Of a stretch of 64,000 bases of DNA, positions 28,560 to 42,708 are shown in pieces. Origin of the DNA: Lama guanicoe (taxonomy: Eukaryota); assembly GCA_013239625.1 (NCBI GenBank), contig MU054187.1, forward strand, positions 17,724,711 through 17,788,710. The letters run 5' to 3'. Position 1 is the first letter of the stretch, and each line of letters opens with the position of its first letter. A program made the position numbers and the translations under genes. Under the pieces are notes generated by a model. The model saw only the letters and a program-made list of their open reading frames with translations. It was not told the origin of the DNA and did not search any database.

Positions 28560-28573
28560 CCACTAGAGGGCGA
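28560..28573 (+). promoter_or_regulatory. CTCF core motif, forward orientation
   Basis: CCACTAGAGGGCG matches the CTCF core CCACYAGRGGGCR; a GC-rich spot in very AT-rich DNA. Confidence 0.65.
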
Positions 28574-29454
28574 CCAAGCACCATTTCGTTTTCTTCTCTT
28601 GCTTTGGTTACTAATAGTACTTAGATAATACTAACATTATGCATAAATTATATATAAAAATATTATGTATAAATGTTTCACTATAAATTAATTTATGGGT
28701 ATTCCTGGAGATTTTCCAAGTTACTAGAAATGTTTGAACAAAATTTAATCCAACACAAATTAGTCACAGAGTTTTAAGTACTTCCAAATCCCCTATTTTG
28801 TTTGGACTTAAAGCATTTGATTAAAGAGTTGCAATCCTAAAATCTGAATAAAGGTCAAATGTGAACAATGAATTGTTTACAGAAGTGCACTTTTTTATTC
28901 CCTCTGGGATTATGTATTACATAGTTATAAATTTAAAAATAAGATATGTAACATGGAAACAATGAGGCTTAGCATTTCCTAGCATTTGAAAAATTATGTG
29001 CTAACATAGAAGACATTACAATAAACAGTAAGTCTATTTTGAGAAAAGTAATCAACTGGTTGGAATATAGATAATTTTTGTTTTATTCTACTCTTTACTG
29101 AAGCTTAAGAAAATTTAATAAAATATATATTAATAATCACAAATAGAAAAATTATATCTTTAAAAATAAAGTTTTAATAATTTCCATTCTCAATAGTCTG
29201 AAGCTTAATAAGAAATGTGTGAAAATATAAACTATCTATGGATATTTCTGAAACAATAATCACCTATACAATAAGGAAGTCTTTTTATTTCCAAAAATGG
29301 AATAAATATTTATTAGTTAAATTAGTGAAAAAAGAAAGAGAAGTGGTTAAAAAAATTTACTTGTCAATTCTCCCAGCCTTTGAATTATGAAACAGGCTAT
29401 TATAAATAAATAAACAAGCCAATGCCATCCTCTTATTTTCCAGGCAGAATGTGC

Positions 29455-29670
29455 TTCTGAAGTCAATCTACTGAGCTCTGAAATCAGGCTCTATCATTTG
29501 CTAATTGTGTGACCTTGAGAAAACTAGTTAACCTCTCTAAGCTACAGTGGGGAGAATAAATAGTTCCTCTCTCATGGGATTGCTCAGTGGATTAGCTGAG
29601 ATACTGTGGATGATGGGTTAAGCAGCATGCCTGGCACAGAGCTTCCGCTCAATAAATGTAGAATTACTAT
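29455..29670 (+). mobile_element. MIR remnant
   Basis: tgtgtgaccttgagaaaactagttaacctctctaagct...gcctggcacagag...ctcaataaatg. Confidence 0.7.
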
Positions 29671-30059
29671 TACATGAGAAGCTCTGCATCTGGAGGAGTG
29701 GGCTGGCCAAAATGCATCATCTTCACAGTACTCCTACCATGTCTCACAGACAGATGAGTTACTATTATATACAATCCTTCCTCTAGTATATATCATTTCC
29801 TCCTCTCTTAGTTTTCCAATTCTCCTTTATAGGTGTCTCAAAATATTCTATTCCAAGGACTTTGGACACTTAATTTAATGCAACAAAAAGTTTTAGAATC
29901 ATAAAATAGAACCGTAATGATTATAAACCCACGCTCAAGGCCTGGCACTATGCTGGATTCAATCAGCGACTGAAATAAAATATAAAAACATGGTCTCGAT
30001 CTTCAAAGATGAGAACGAGCTAGAGTAGTTGATAGGAGGAGAGGGAAGGAGAGGAGAGG

Positions 30060-30132
30060 AAATTAAATTTCTGCTGTTTTAAGCCACTTAGTTTGTAACA
30101 TTTTTTTCACAGCAGTCTAGAAAATTGATACA
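30060..30132 (+). mobile_element. MLT1 (MaLR) LTR 3' end fragment
   Basis: taaatttctgctgttttaagccacttagtttgt...acagcagtctagaaaattgataca. Confidence 0.6.
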
Positions 30133-30229
30133 AAGGGATTTCCTTTCAAATCATCATAATTACCCAGAAATACATAAATGATTAGAGCTGGAAAACTGAA
30201 AGATTTACATAAGAAATGTGTATACTGAG

Positions 30230-30768
30230 TGTAACAAATAACACACCTGACTCCATATTGGATCTATTCCTTTAGCGCTAAGCTCTGTGCTCTGTTGCCT
30301 GTGCTGAGTCATGCAGGTTCTGCATCCCTGTAAAATAGTGTTGCCTGTAGCCTGAAATGTACAGCCCTGTCTCAGGGCTCTGCCCCCCAGGCTTGACCTT
30401 TACAGGTATAACACTTTTTATTAATATCAAGACAAAAAATTGCAGAACAGAGAATAACATTTGTCTTGTTGAGGTTTACAAGGAACATCATGACGAGAAA
30501 CTAGGTGGACAGTTGCAAAAACAAAGGATTATCACATCCCCTCCCCGGTCCGGCCAGCACCAGGAACTCTGCAATAACCAGCCAAAGCTTTTAGTATAAA
30601 AGAATCCTGAATTTTAACTCGGGTAAGATGGTTCTTTGGGATACTAGTCCACATTCTTCTCAGTCTGCTGGATTTCATAATAAATTCGCTTTTCCTTGCT
30701 CTGACACCTCGTCTCTCGATTTACTGGCCTGTCACATGGCGAGTACTATGAGCTTGGTCTCAATAATA
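30230..30768 (+). mobile_element. ERV1-like solo LTR with 4-bp TSD
   Basis: Begins TGTAAC; TATAAAA ~30595; AATAAA at 30679-30684; ends gagcttggtctcaataata; flanked by TGAG at 30226-30229 and 30769-30772. Confidence 0.8.
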
Positions 30769-31237
30769 TGAGTAATGCAAAATTTTGCAGTTGAATGAAG
30801 ATGGTCTAATTGAAGTGTCAGTGACAGCTGAGTTTTCCAAAATGCTCCTGGATTTTCCTTGGTTTTATTTTTATGTTCACTATTGGATGTCACCAATAGT
30901 GAAATTGTGATTTAACGTTCACAGCTTAAGGTATTGATTTCCTCACCTGGTTTTTCTCTCAGTCCCATCACATTTTAACAGATACATTTGTCCTGGCCCC
31001 TCCTCCCACAAATGTAGAGGTGGTGGTACATGTGTTTCCTGATGGAATTTTGATGCTATGCTTCTCAGTCCTGTGTGCTGAAAATGCGGAGTACTGTTCT
31101 GAGTTCTCATTTATGTAATTTCAAGAAAAAAATAGAAATCAGAATTCACATGAGTCTAATAATTGTAAATTATGTGCCAGGCATTGTATTAGAAATGTTC
31201 TTGTATTATTTGATTCACTCTACACAACAACCTTTTT

Positions 31238-34200
31238 AAAAGATCTTACTACTTCTATCTACAGGTGAAGAAACAGAAAGAGATGACGCTGTCGAAAGTC
31301 ATTGGCGATAGGAGATAAGGTGATGATGCTAACATGCATCTGTCCGTATCCAGAGACTTAGCAATTAATCAACAAAGCCTTTTTATGTAGCTAATATGCC
31401 CAGCCTTAACAGTTTGGCTCAGGGTCAAGGCATTACTAATGATACTTGAGACTGGCTTTATACTGCCTGATGTAGCAATAAATCAGGCAAGGGATAGGTA
31501 AGCCTTTAATAGGATGTTTTTGGCTGGACCAAAACCTGCCCAGAGCTATTCCTTCCATAAATGGCTACAGAATACTAGTAGAATCACAAAATGTGATGTT
31601 TTCAGATGGAAAGGGTCCTAGAGTTAATATTAAAATGCTTGTTTTACAAAAGAAGAAACTGGAAGCAGAGATTGCTCAATAATTTGCTCAAGGATTACAT
31701 GGCTAGTTGGTGACAGAACTTGGACTGGAATTATTGAAATTCAAAAGGAACAAAATCACTTATGTTGAACCTCTTGACAAACATTTTTAAAAAGTCAAGT
31801 CCAAACTACTGTGGAAGGAAACTTGCATTTAAAAAGAAAATTTTAATAAATTTTTACAAAATATTTGAATTATAATGGAAAAGCATATATACTAAGAAAC
31901 CCCAAATGTAACCATGAGAGAGAAAAATTTTATCAAGTAGAAGTTATTCATATGGCTTTGTCTCTTCAGCCATTTTAAAAATGCACTTTTAATGCCAACA
32001 TTTTGTCAAATGGTCAACTAAGTAGGTCTGTAATACTGCTTGAAGAAGCAACAAGTTCATCTTCGACCTACTTTCTGCTGCCTCCTACTTACTGCTATTC
32101 TAATTGATGAAGTAAATAAAGAAAGCACAAACTGGCATCTTGGTTTGCTGTCATAATTTTTAAAAACTTAGATGGAGCCAAACTGTTTTTTGTTTGGTGT
32201 ACAGTTCTTTGGGTTTTAACACATGTATAGATTCATGTAACCACCATAACAATCGGGATACAGAACATTTCCATCACCACAAAATATTCCCTTGTGCAGT
32301 CCTTTATAGTTGTACACTCTCCCCCTCCCACCCTTGCAGGCTTGTCTCTTCCATGTCATATAAATGAAATACAGCATGTAACCTTTTGAGACTGGCTTCT
32401 GTCATTCAGCATAATGGCTTTGAGATTCATTCATGTTGTTGAATAAACCAATAGTTGTTCTTTCGTATTACTAAGTAGTGTTCCATTTTATTTATTTATT
32501 GGGTATCAACTGTTTATCTTTTTTAACTGCTGAACACTTCCAGGCTTTGTATCCATGCCAGCCCTTGGTATTGTCTGTCCGTTAGTTTGTTTTTGTTTTA
32601 GTCATTCTAAGAAATGTATAATATTGTGTAGTGGTAGGTATGTCATTGTGGTTTCATTTTGCATTTGCCTCAGGTTATTCAGAAATGTACTGTTTAATTT
32701 CCAACTTTGAGGAGAGGTTCCATATATCTTTTTAATTAATTTCTAATTTAACCTCATTATGGTCAGAGATACAGTTCGATGATTTCAATTCTTTCAAACT
32801 TCCTACAGATATCATCTGTCTTGGTGAATGTCTTCAGATAGCTGTTCCATACCATCAGTCCAGGGATTTTTGCTGCATTCAGTGGTAGGTACAGGGTGGA
32901 ATGTCCTTACTCTATCTTAACTAGTACTGAAGGCTTTTCAAAATGTTTTAAATCAGAATAAAGCCACCTGTTAAGAAAAATGATTGATTATATATGATAT
33001 ATTAAATTTTATGAATATGGCTTTTTTGTTTTAAAATATTCGATACAGGTTAACAACTTTTTGGTTATAACATTAGTGATGATTACAAATTGTGTTGGCT
33101 AATAACTGAAGCATCTATAAATAAGTTTGTGAGATAATACAGAAGAAAGTGTGGCTTGATTCAAGTTCATAATTCCAGCTAATATTTATTAACACTTCAC
33201 AATGTACTAAGTTCTTCCCCTGAACTTCCACATTTAACCTACATAATAATTCATAAATTAGCTATTATCCATATCTTATAAGTGTACAATGGGAGGCTCA
33301 GAAAAAAGATCTTACTACTTCTATCTACAGGTGAAGAAACAGAAAGAGATGACGCTGTCGAAAGTCATTGGCGATAGGAGATAAGGTGATGATGCTAACA
33401 TGCATCTGTCCGTATCCAGAGACTTAGCAATTAATCAACAAAGCCTTTTTATGTAGCTAATATGCCCAGCCTTAACAGTTTGGCTCAGGGTCAAGGCATT
33501 ACTAATGATACTTGAGACTGGCTTTATACTGCCTGATGTAGCAATAAATCAGGCAAGGGATAGGTAAGCCTTTAATAGGATGTTTTTGGCTGGACCAAAA
33601 CCTGCCCAGAGCTATTCCTTCCATAAATGGCTACAGAATACTAGTAGAATCACAAAATGTGATGTTTTCAGATGGAAAGGGTCCTAGAGTTAATATTAAA
33701 ATGCTTGTTTTACAAAAGAAGAAACTGGAAGCAGAGATTGCTCAATAATTTGCTCAAGGATTACATGGCTAGTTGGTGACAGAACTTGGACTGGAATTAT
33801 TGAAATTCAAAAGGAACAAAATCACTTATGTTGAACCTCTTGACAAACATTTTTAAAAAGTCAAGTCCAAACTACTGTGGAAGGAAACTTGCATTTAAAA
33901 AGAAAATTTTAATAAATTTTTACAAAATATTTGAATTATAATGGAAAAGCATATATACTAAGAAACCCCAAATGTAACCATGAGAGAGAAAAATTTTATC
34001 AAGTAGAAGTTATTCATATGGCTTTGTCTCTTCAGCCATTTTAAAAATGCACTTTTAATGCCAACATTTTGTCAAATGGTCAACTAAGTAGGTCTGTAAT
34101 ACTGCTTGAAGAAGCAACAAGTTCATCTTCGACCTACTTTCTGCTGCCTCCTACTTACTGCTATTCTAATTGATGAAGTAAATAAAGAAAGCACAAACTG

Positions 34201-35567
34201 GCATCTTGGTTTGCTGTCATAATTTTTAAAAACTTAGATGGAGCCAAACTGTTTTTTGTTTGGTGTACAGTTCTTTGGGTTTTAACACATGTATAGATTC
34301 ATGTAACCACCATAACAATCGGGATACAGAACATTTCCATCACCACAAAATATTACCTTGTGCAGTCCTTTATAGTTGTACAATCTCCCCCTCCCACCCT
34401 TGCAGGCTTGTCTCTTCCATGTCATATAAATGAAATACAGCATGTAACCTTTTGAGACTGGCTTCTGTCATTCAGCATAATGGCTTTGAGATTCATTCAT
34501 GTTGTTGAATATACCAATAGTTGTTCTTTCGTATTACTAAGTAGTGTTCCATTTTATTTATTTATTGGGTATCAACTGTTTATCTTTTTTAACTGCTGAA
34601 GACCTTTTGAGTTGTTTCCGATTTTTGGCAATTATGAACACAACTTGTATAAAAGTCACATGTAGGATTTTGTATGAACAAAGGTTTTCACTTATTCAGG
34701 ACAAATAATAGTGGGATTCCTAGGGTCAGATAGTTAAATTTACATTTAACATTATAAGTGACCGCCAAACTTCTTCAGAGTGGCTGTAGCACTTTGCATT
34801 TACATCAACAAAATACGGCACTTCCAGGTGCTTTGTATCCATGCCAGCCCTTGGTATTGTCTGTCCGTTAGTTTGTTTTTGTTTTAGTCATTCTAAGAAA
34901 TGTATAATATTGTGTAGTGGTAGGTATGTCATTGTGGTTTCATTTTGCATTTGCCTCAGGTTATTCAGAAATGTACTGTTTAATTTCCAACTTTGAGGAG
35001 AGGTTCCATATATCTTTTTAATTAATTTCTAATTTAACCTCATTATGGTCAGAGATACAGTTCGATGATTTCAATTCTTTCAAACTTCCTACAGATATCA
35101 TCTGTCTTGGTGAATGTCTTCAGATAGCTGTTCCATACCATCAGTCCAGGGATTTTTGCTGCATTCAGTGGTAGGTACAGGGTGGAATGTCCTTACTCTA
35201 TCTTAACTAGTACTGAAGGCTTTTCAAAATGTTTTAAATCAGAATAAAGCCACCTGTTAAGAAAAATGATTGATTATATATGATATATTAAATTTTATGA
35301 ATATGGCTTTTTTGTTTTAAAATATTCGATACAGGTTAACAACTTTTTGGTTATAACATTAGTGATGATTACAAATTGTGTTGGCTAATAACTGAAGCAT
35401 CTAATAATACAGAATGTGGCTTGATTCAAGTTCATAATTCCAGCTAATATTTATTAACACTTCACAATGTACTAAGTTCTTCCCCTGAACTTCCACATTT
35501 AACCTACATAATAATTCATAAATTAGCTATTATCCATATCTTATAAGTGTACAATGGGAGGCTCAGA
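31238..35567. repeat. ~2.1 kb near-identical head-to-tail tandem duplication
   Basis: Copy 1 31238-33302, copy 2 33304-35567. Differences are a few substitutions, small indels and 218 bp (34601-34818) present only in copy 2. Confidence 0.96.
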
Positions 35568-35621
35568 GGAGCTCAATCCATTTTTCAAGGAAACGAAGGG
35601 TGCACATCAAGGTTTGTGGTG

Positions 35622-35831
35622 CAGAGGTAGATTGGCAAACTTTTTCTTAAAGAGCCAGATGGTAAATATTTTAGGCTATGTGAGCCATGCAATCTCTGTT
35701 GTAAATACTCAACTTCAACACTGTAGCAGAAAAGCAGACATTTGTAAATAAATGTGGATGGCAGTGTTCCAATAAAACATTATTTATAAAAACACGCAGC
35801 TAATCCACGGACTGTAGTTTGCCAAGCCTTG
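35622..35831 (-). mobile_element. MER58A-like hAT element
   Basis: ttggcaaactttttcttaaagagccagatggtaaatattttaggct...gtgttccaataaaac...tagtttgccaagccttg. Confidence 0.75.
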
Positions 35832-38400
35832 CTGGAGAGACTAGAGGTCTAACCACTATTCTGTACTACTTCTTTTCCCCACACAAATCACTTTTTTTTC
35901 TTTCCACCAAGCCCTATGAACTTGACCTCGCTTTGCAACAAATAACTAGAATCAGTTGTGATTATATTATTATGCTATTAGAAAAAGGTATACTTTTTAA
36001 AGTCAGAATGAGGGTTTTTTTTTAAATTTGAGATTTGTCATTGTTTTGTTAATGTTGTTTTTTCACTGTTTATTTTTATTATATCAACTCCTATAATTTA
36101 CTAACAAGATAAATTTCCAGCCAGTCAAATATCTCTATAGAAAAATACAGCCAGGCAGAAAATATTACCCAGGAATGATCACTGACTCTATTACCTCCTG
36201 GAAATTTCAAGCAATGCTCTTTAACATCAATAAAAACTTAAATTGAAAACTGATGTTGAGTAGCCAACTAGAATTTCTGCCCTGAGAAATTGAGAAACAG
36301 TAAAGGAAATTGAGGGATTGAGAAATAGTAAAGACAAATTAGAGAAGAGAGAAAAAAGTGAATGTAACCTGTCTTTCCCTAGAGAAAACATTATTTGATG
36401 CAAGTCTTTTATAAAGTTTTCCTAAATCTTATTATTTTCAAAATGGTATTCTTATGTAATCCTATCAATTTATAGATATTTAGTGTCCTACAATTCATGA
36501 TACATGAAACTTTACCATATTAGCATGTCTTCTCCTGTGTTTACCCTTCTACTTGGAAAACATAGTATTTTATTTCATTCAATTTTATATCCCATATTCC
36601 TAAAAGTTAAGGTAAAATGTCTTAGACGACACTGCTTTTTTAGCGTGAACCATTACACTGAGATGTGAAAAGTCCTGTAAATCATTTGGATATTTTGAAA
36701 GTTCTATCCAGATATACATCTAAAACAATTAAGAGAAGATACTTACTTTTTCATTTTTACATGAAAATTTAACATTTGAAGAAGTGATTTAATTAAAATA
36801 GAAATTTCCAGTGATTACAAAATGCTATTAATCTATGATCTGGCTGAGATATCTGTTTTAATTTCATCTATTTAGGAAGTTTGTTAAACATTGTTATATA
36901 AAACCAAAATTTAATAGCTACTTTTTATCTAAAGACTTGTAGAAGAATCTTCAATTATATCTTTAATATTTTAGTTTCTAGTTTTTGTGACCAAAACTTG
37001 TGATTTCAGTGTGTTATTCTCAAGAATATATTTTTCACAAAGCTGCTATATTGCACATACAGACATTTATGGGAACGACAATTTAGGGATTCAAAGAAAA
37101 GAGTCTGACTTCCACAAAGGGATCACCATGGAGCACGGGGAAGAGACCAAGCACCAGGGGTAAAGTTGATAATTCAGCAGAACTATGCCCTTGGAGTCAT
37201 AAGTCTTAGTCTTATGAGTAAGAGACTATAAAGTCTGTAAATTGGCAAAAATCTTAGACTTCCCACAGAAAAGAGTATTCAATTTAAATAAACTCTGAAC
37301 GGACAGACTGACCTCAAATAGGTCAATTCTGTTCTAATGCTGTGTAACTGCTATGATGCTGCTGTAATTTTTAGCCAGATTTCACAGGATTACTGTGCAA
37401 AGTGCTCGTTATTGAGCTGGAGCACAAGAAGCAATTTTGAAATTTCTTTGTTTTTGTCTCTAAGGAAACACTTATAAAGTGCTTGCTGTGAAGATGGTTC
37501 ATTCTGTGTAAAGGAAGCAAATAAAAGAAAATTCTAACACAAACAAAATGTCCCGTTTCATTTTTGTATGCCTAAGGTCCATTCGTAAAGTATTAATATT
37601 TAAACCTTATTTTAAATTTCAAAATAAAATTTACTTTAAATATCATGGCTACATTGGTACTACTAGGATATATTTGGAAAAAGGTATTTGTTCACTTAAG
37701 GCTGAATCTCCTGTTGTAAAAGAATGGTGAAACTGACCCACCAATCTTGTGATAATTAGTAAGACCTCATTATCTTTATTCTACAATTTCCCAAATACAA
37801 ATGGTGTGACTTGATAGTTAGTAAGCACTAAAACTTGTACTACATCATGTCTTGCCACAGAAATATCTATAAAAAACACAATGACTTAAACAGTTCATTT
37901 TTAAATAGCAACACAAATTGAAGTTTTTGTGGACAAATATATCTCTTGCATTATTGAAAATACCATATTTAGCTTTATTTTCATTTTGTAAAATTTCTCA
38001 TTATAAATTACCAAATGTATATTTTTGTTTCCAATGAACTTCTGTGCCAATTTCTCTTTTCTTCCATTAGAATTTCCATTCTTTTAATCCTCCAAACTAG
38101 TCATCTTAAATTTTCTAATTTGCCTTTAATTCTCATGTCCCACTAAATTATAAATTGCTTTTATAATTAAATTTTAGGAGACAGTCTTCTGAAGAATCAG
38201 AATATTTCTTAATATCTAATAAAGAGAGCTTATGATTCAGTTTATTTCTTCTTAGTTGGGGTAACCTTAACTGTCAGAAAGTCATGGAGTTATGGTTAAT
38301 CTTCAATTATTATAGCCATTTTATTCTAGTCATTATAAATTACAGTGCCATACACATTTTGTGTCACATTTTAACTCAATAGTATGTTTAAATAAATGCT

Positions 38401-38791
38401 CTATAAGAGTGAATATATAGACTCCTCCCCTCAAATTCACATGTTGAAGCCCTAACCACCCCCTATCTTCATGTGACTATATTTGGTTGTAAGATCTTTA
38501 GAAGGTTGTTAAGTTAAATGAAGTCCTAAGAGTGGGGCCCTACTCCAATATGACTGATGGACTTATAAAAAGAGGAGGAGGAGAGAGAGAGAGATACTTT
38601 CTTTTTCTGCCATGTAAGAACACAGCAAGAAGCTGGCGTCGGCAAGCCAGGAAGTGTCTCCACCAGAACCCAGCCCTGTAGCCTCCCTGATGTCAGACTC
38701 CAGCCTCCAGAACTCTGAGAAAATAAGCTTCTGTTGTTTAAGATACCTGAACTATGGTATTTTGTTATAGCAGCCTGAGCTGACTAATACA
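38401..38791 (+). mobile_element. MLT1A/B-like MaLR solo LTR
   Basis: caaattcacatgttgaagccctaacc...gactccagcctccagaactctgag...tggtattttgttatagcagcctgagctgactaataca; 5-bp flanking repeat ATGCT at 38396-38400 and 38792-38796. Confidence 0.85.
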
Positions 38792-40366
38792 ATGCTTATG
38801 ATATGGAATCCCACCAAGTTTTATTATAGTTCTATAATGGAATTATTGGACATTAGATTAACCAATAATAAATAACCACTTTATTTTACATTTGCTACTA
38901 TTTTTAAGGATAATCTACTTAAGGTAACCCACTGGAGGCTGGAGTAATTGATAAGGGACGATTCATATACTCGAGTCCTGGAGAATGATAATATCAAATG
39001 TTATAAAACCACACCCTTGGACCTCTTAACTCTGCTGCCAATAATAAGCCAAACCATGATCATGTTAGGCTTGGGTCATTTCAGTGTCTTTCCAAAAGAC
39101 CATCCTGCTCACTGGCACTACCAGATATAGTCATCTTAAATTACACTGTTAAAAAAATTTTCATCCTGTTCAAAATTCATCAAGGTTTAAGATCCTTCTA
39201 TGAATAATAATAATTCATGACAAATAGCATGTCATGAAATAAATTTTAATCTGAAACCTTAGCATTCATGACCCTCTATAATCTGGGCCTAATTTAAATT
39301 CCCCACATATAATAAGTGCTCAGTAAATACTTGTCTAATTAATTTTCTGTCTTCAACATTTTCTCACTGTCCCTTGAACTTGCCATTTTCATTCCTGCTT
39401 TTCTGGCCTTGGTTCATCCTATGATCAACTCCTTACTCAAAATACCTGTCATAATCCTACACATCTTAAAAGATATAAAATCCACTTACTACAATCCCTT
39501 TTCCAACTCCAACCCATATGGGTATTTTTCCCTCTATAATCTCTCTGCTTTTTTGACCGAAACTTTGTTTTAAATTTAAAGTATAGTTAGCATTGTATGT
39601 ATTCTGTGTGTGAGCATATGTCCCTAGCATTTTTTTCTACCTTATTACCCCATCTACATTGTAAATTTCCATTCTCAGTACCCAGTCTTCTTCACTAATC
39701 TTTCCCTGGAAACTCAGCCTAAAATAATCTCTCCACTTTGACTGTTTAGTAGTTATTTTCTATATCCTTCATTTATCCTTTAATTATGTCCAATATGCTA
39801 TTGGTAATATATTAATATTATTATTGTTATTGTTATTATTATATTCTTCACATGATCTTGCTCAATTAACTCGAATTTAAGTTGCCTCAAGTCATAGGCT
39901 TTTATTCTTTAAAATGTCTAGAACTGAACTATGTAAAAATTTGTATATCAAGAGACACAAAGTTACAGCCTGAAGGGCAAAGGGCCAGAAGTCAGAAGAC
40001 CTGGGTTCTAGTCTATGGTTTAACCAACAAACCACCCACGTTGGGTACTCTTTTAACAAACCTTCCTGGGTCTTTCCAGAGTAAAACTGTGATAGGAGAT
40101 TAAGATATTTTATAGGTTTATTTTTTGAAATTGAGTCATAGGTTTCCTCTTTCTACAGTGTCCGAATTTATATACAAAGAGATGAAGTATCTACCTCTGA
40201 AAAGAGGATGGGAACAAAGGACCACTCTGACAACTGGAAGCAGCCAATAGAGTATCTGAATAAGGGCAAAGGTCACACAAAGATTTGAATTCTTTCAGAG
40301 AATATTCCTAGTTTTACTTTGCTGCTTTCCAGGTGTTGGTTATCCAACTACCTGGGTAAGCATAGT

Positions 40367-40797
40367 GTATTAACCAGAGAAACAGAATCAATTGGATTAT
40401 ATCTATATTTACATCTCGATCTATAGTTACATCTAGAGAAAGAGCAAGAGATCAAGACAGAGAGAGTGCAACTGATTGACTGATTGCTTGATTTTTAAGC
40501 CATTGACTCCTGTGATTGTACAGGTTTGGAAAGTTCAAAATCTGTAGCTCATTAGGCTGTGAAAACCCAGGGCAGAATTGCAGTTTGAGTCCAAAGGCAC
40601 TCTGCTGGCAGAATTCCTTCTTGTTTAGGGGAGGTAAGCTGTCAATAGACTGGATGAAGCCCACCCACATTATGGAGGGCAATCTGCTTCACTCAAAGAT
40701 CACCAATTTAAATGTTAATTTCATCCAGAAAACACCTTCACAGAAATATCTAGAATAATATTTGACCTAGCCAAATTGACACAGAGAACTATCGCAT
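40367..40797 (-). mobile_element. MLT2 (ERVL) LTR
   Basis: ccagagaaacagaatcaat...gactggatgaagcccacccacattatggagggcaatctgcttcactcaaa...ctagccaaattgacaca. Confidence 0.8.
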
Positions 40798-42708
40798 ATA
40801 GATACTGTCATTGAAGAAAATAAAGAATAATTCAGATGGCTCCCTTTTTTCATTCCATGGACAGTTTATCAGTCCTCTCTTTCATGATCTGAGAGAGAAC
40901 AGGAATCCAATGCCTTCCCTTTGTCATGCTCAACAGACTCAGTGTTCTTACTTACAAAAAGCAGTTATGCTACATACAGTAGGTGTTATCTCAAGTTAGA
41001 GAATCTATTTACATATTCTAACCCTGCCACTTAAATCATTTAACTTTGAAAAGTCACTTACTCTTACTGAAGTTCAGTTTCTTCAATGTGAAAATGAAAG
41101 AAATAACACCTGCCTCACAGATAAGTTATGAGGATCACATGAAACTATATGGGAAATGGTTTCTTCATAGTAACATACTAACCATAACCATTATGTGTTA
41201 AATAAAACCTTTCTGCTTACCTAAAAGAACTGTTTTGAAGACCACACCATTCACTCATATCTACCCCCTCACTTAGCAAATATTTATTGAGTACCATTGA
41301 CTGAAATATTAAACCAAGTTTCTCTAAAACAACAATGCCTTATGGAAATGTAGAGAATTATCAAAAGCACTGAATAAATAGTTGACATTTTTGTATCGGT
41401 CTTTTCATCTCAAGTACTACTGGGCATGGGATGGAGTGAATTTTAATATCAGCACTAGGCCATTAAATTGGCACTACTGTTTATCCACAAAGGGATCGTA
41501 CATCAGGTTCCTTAGAAGCAAGGACTCAGAGGGAGATTCCTGTGGAAGTGATCTGTTAGAGATGACTCCTCTTTAGTGAGGGAAGCAGGTTAGGGCAGTA
41601 GGAAAGATAAGAGGTAAGCGAGGATGTGGTCTTACCTGAAGACTGACTTTAGCCCACCTTGAGCCAAAGCTGGCCTGTTGTACCCGAGAGTCAGTCAGTC
41701 ACTGGCTGTGGTCTGCCCCCCTGATGATGAGGGCCACAACCTCTCAGGGGAAGTAAGTAGCTGTGGCTTATCAACCAACATTCTCTACAACTGGGTTGAA
41801 TGCATCTTCTAGTAAAGGGGATTTGAGAACAGGACAACAACCACCTTTACTACAAAGGCACATATATGTTCATAATAATAACAAATGCACTGAAAAGGTA
41901 TTAAGAACTCTAAATCCTCAAAGACTTACTGACATCCAGATAGTCTTTTATAGTATTCAAATTCTCTGAAAACTAGTGTTCCTTAAATTATATGTAAATT
42001 AAATTCCCATGAATATTAATATTTTATTATCTTGAATTTCTCTTTCTTATGAAAATATAAATTTTATTATGTTTCAAAAACAGAGCCAGAGGAGACTCTG
42101 ATTTCTGTTTTGTTGCTTATCAGTCAGCTGCTAAGAAACATAAATGTACACAGGCTTGAGCACCTCTGTTTCTTAGAAACAGCAAGCAAACAATTGTTGG
42201 ATTCATATGACAAAATTAGATCAACAGTATATTAAACTTATACTTTTGGTATTCATTCTAAGTAAAAAGTAAGCAAACAGAATGACACAGTTTATTGTAA
42301 AACTGTAAAAAGCAACTTTTCTTAGAAAGATGGCTTTGCAAATGTGGGCATTTGTATAAATAGCTAATGGCAAAAAACACTGTATCCATAATGAAAATTA
42401 GAGCTTTAGTTTTTCACTTTTACCAGTTAGTTAAGACAAAACCAAGTAATCAATTATACTAGTAACTAGTGTGTGTTTATAGAGTGAATTCTTGTATAGC
42501 TGTTTCCACTAAAAGGTAGCTGCAGAAACTATAGTGTCTAATAATTACTTTAAGAAATAGAGCCATAACGCTTTTAAAATCATAAAGAAGTTCCAAGATA
42601 TTCATTAAGGTGATTTATAATAGAGAATTTTCCTTCTTTGTCCTTAGTATAAATACCCTGACATCATCAACATTATATATTTATTTTCAATACTTTACAG
42701 CATTTTAA

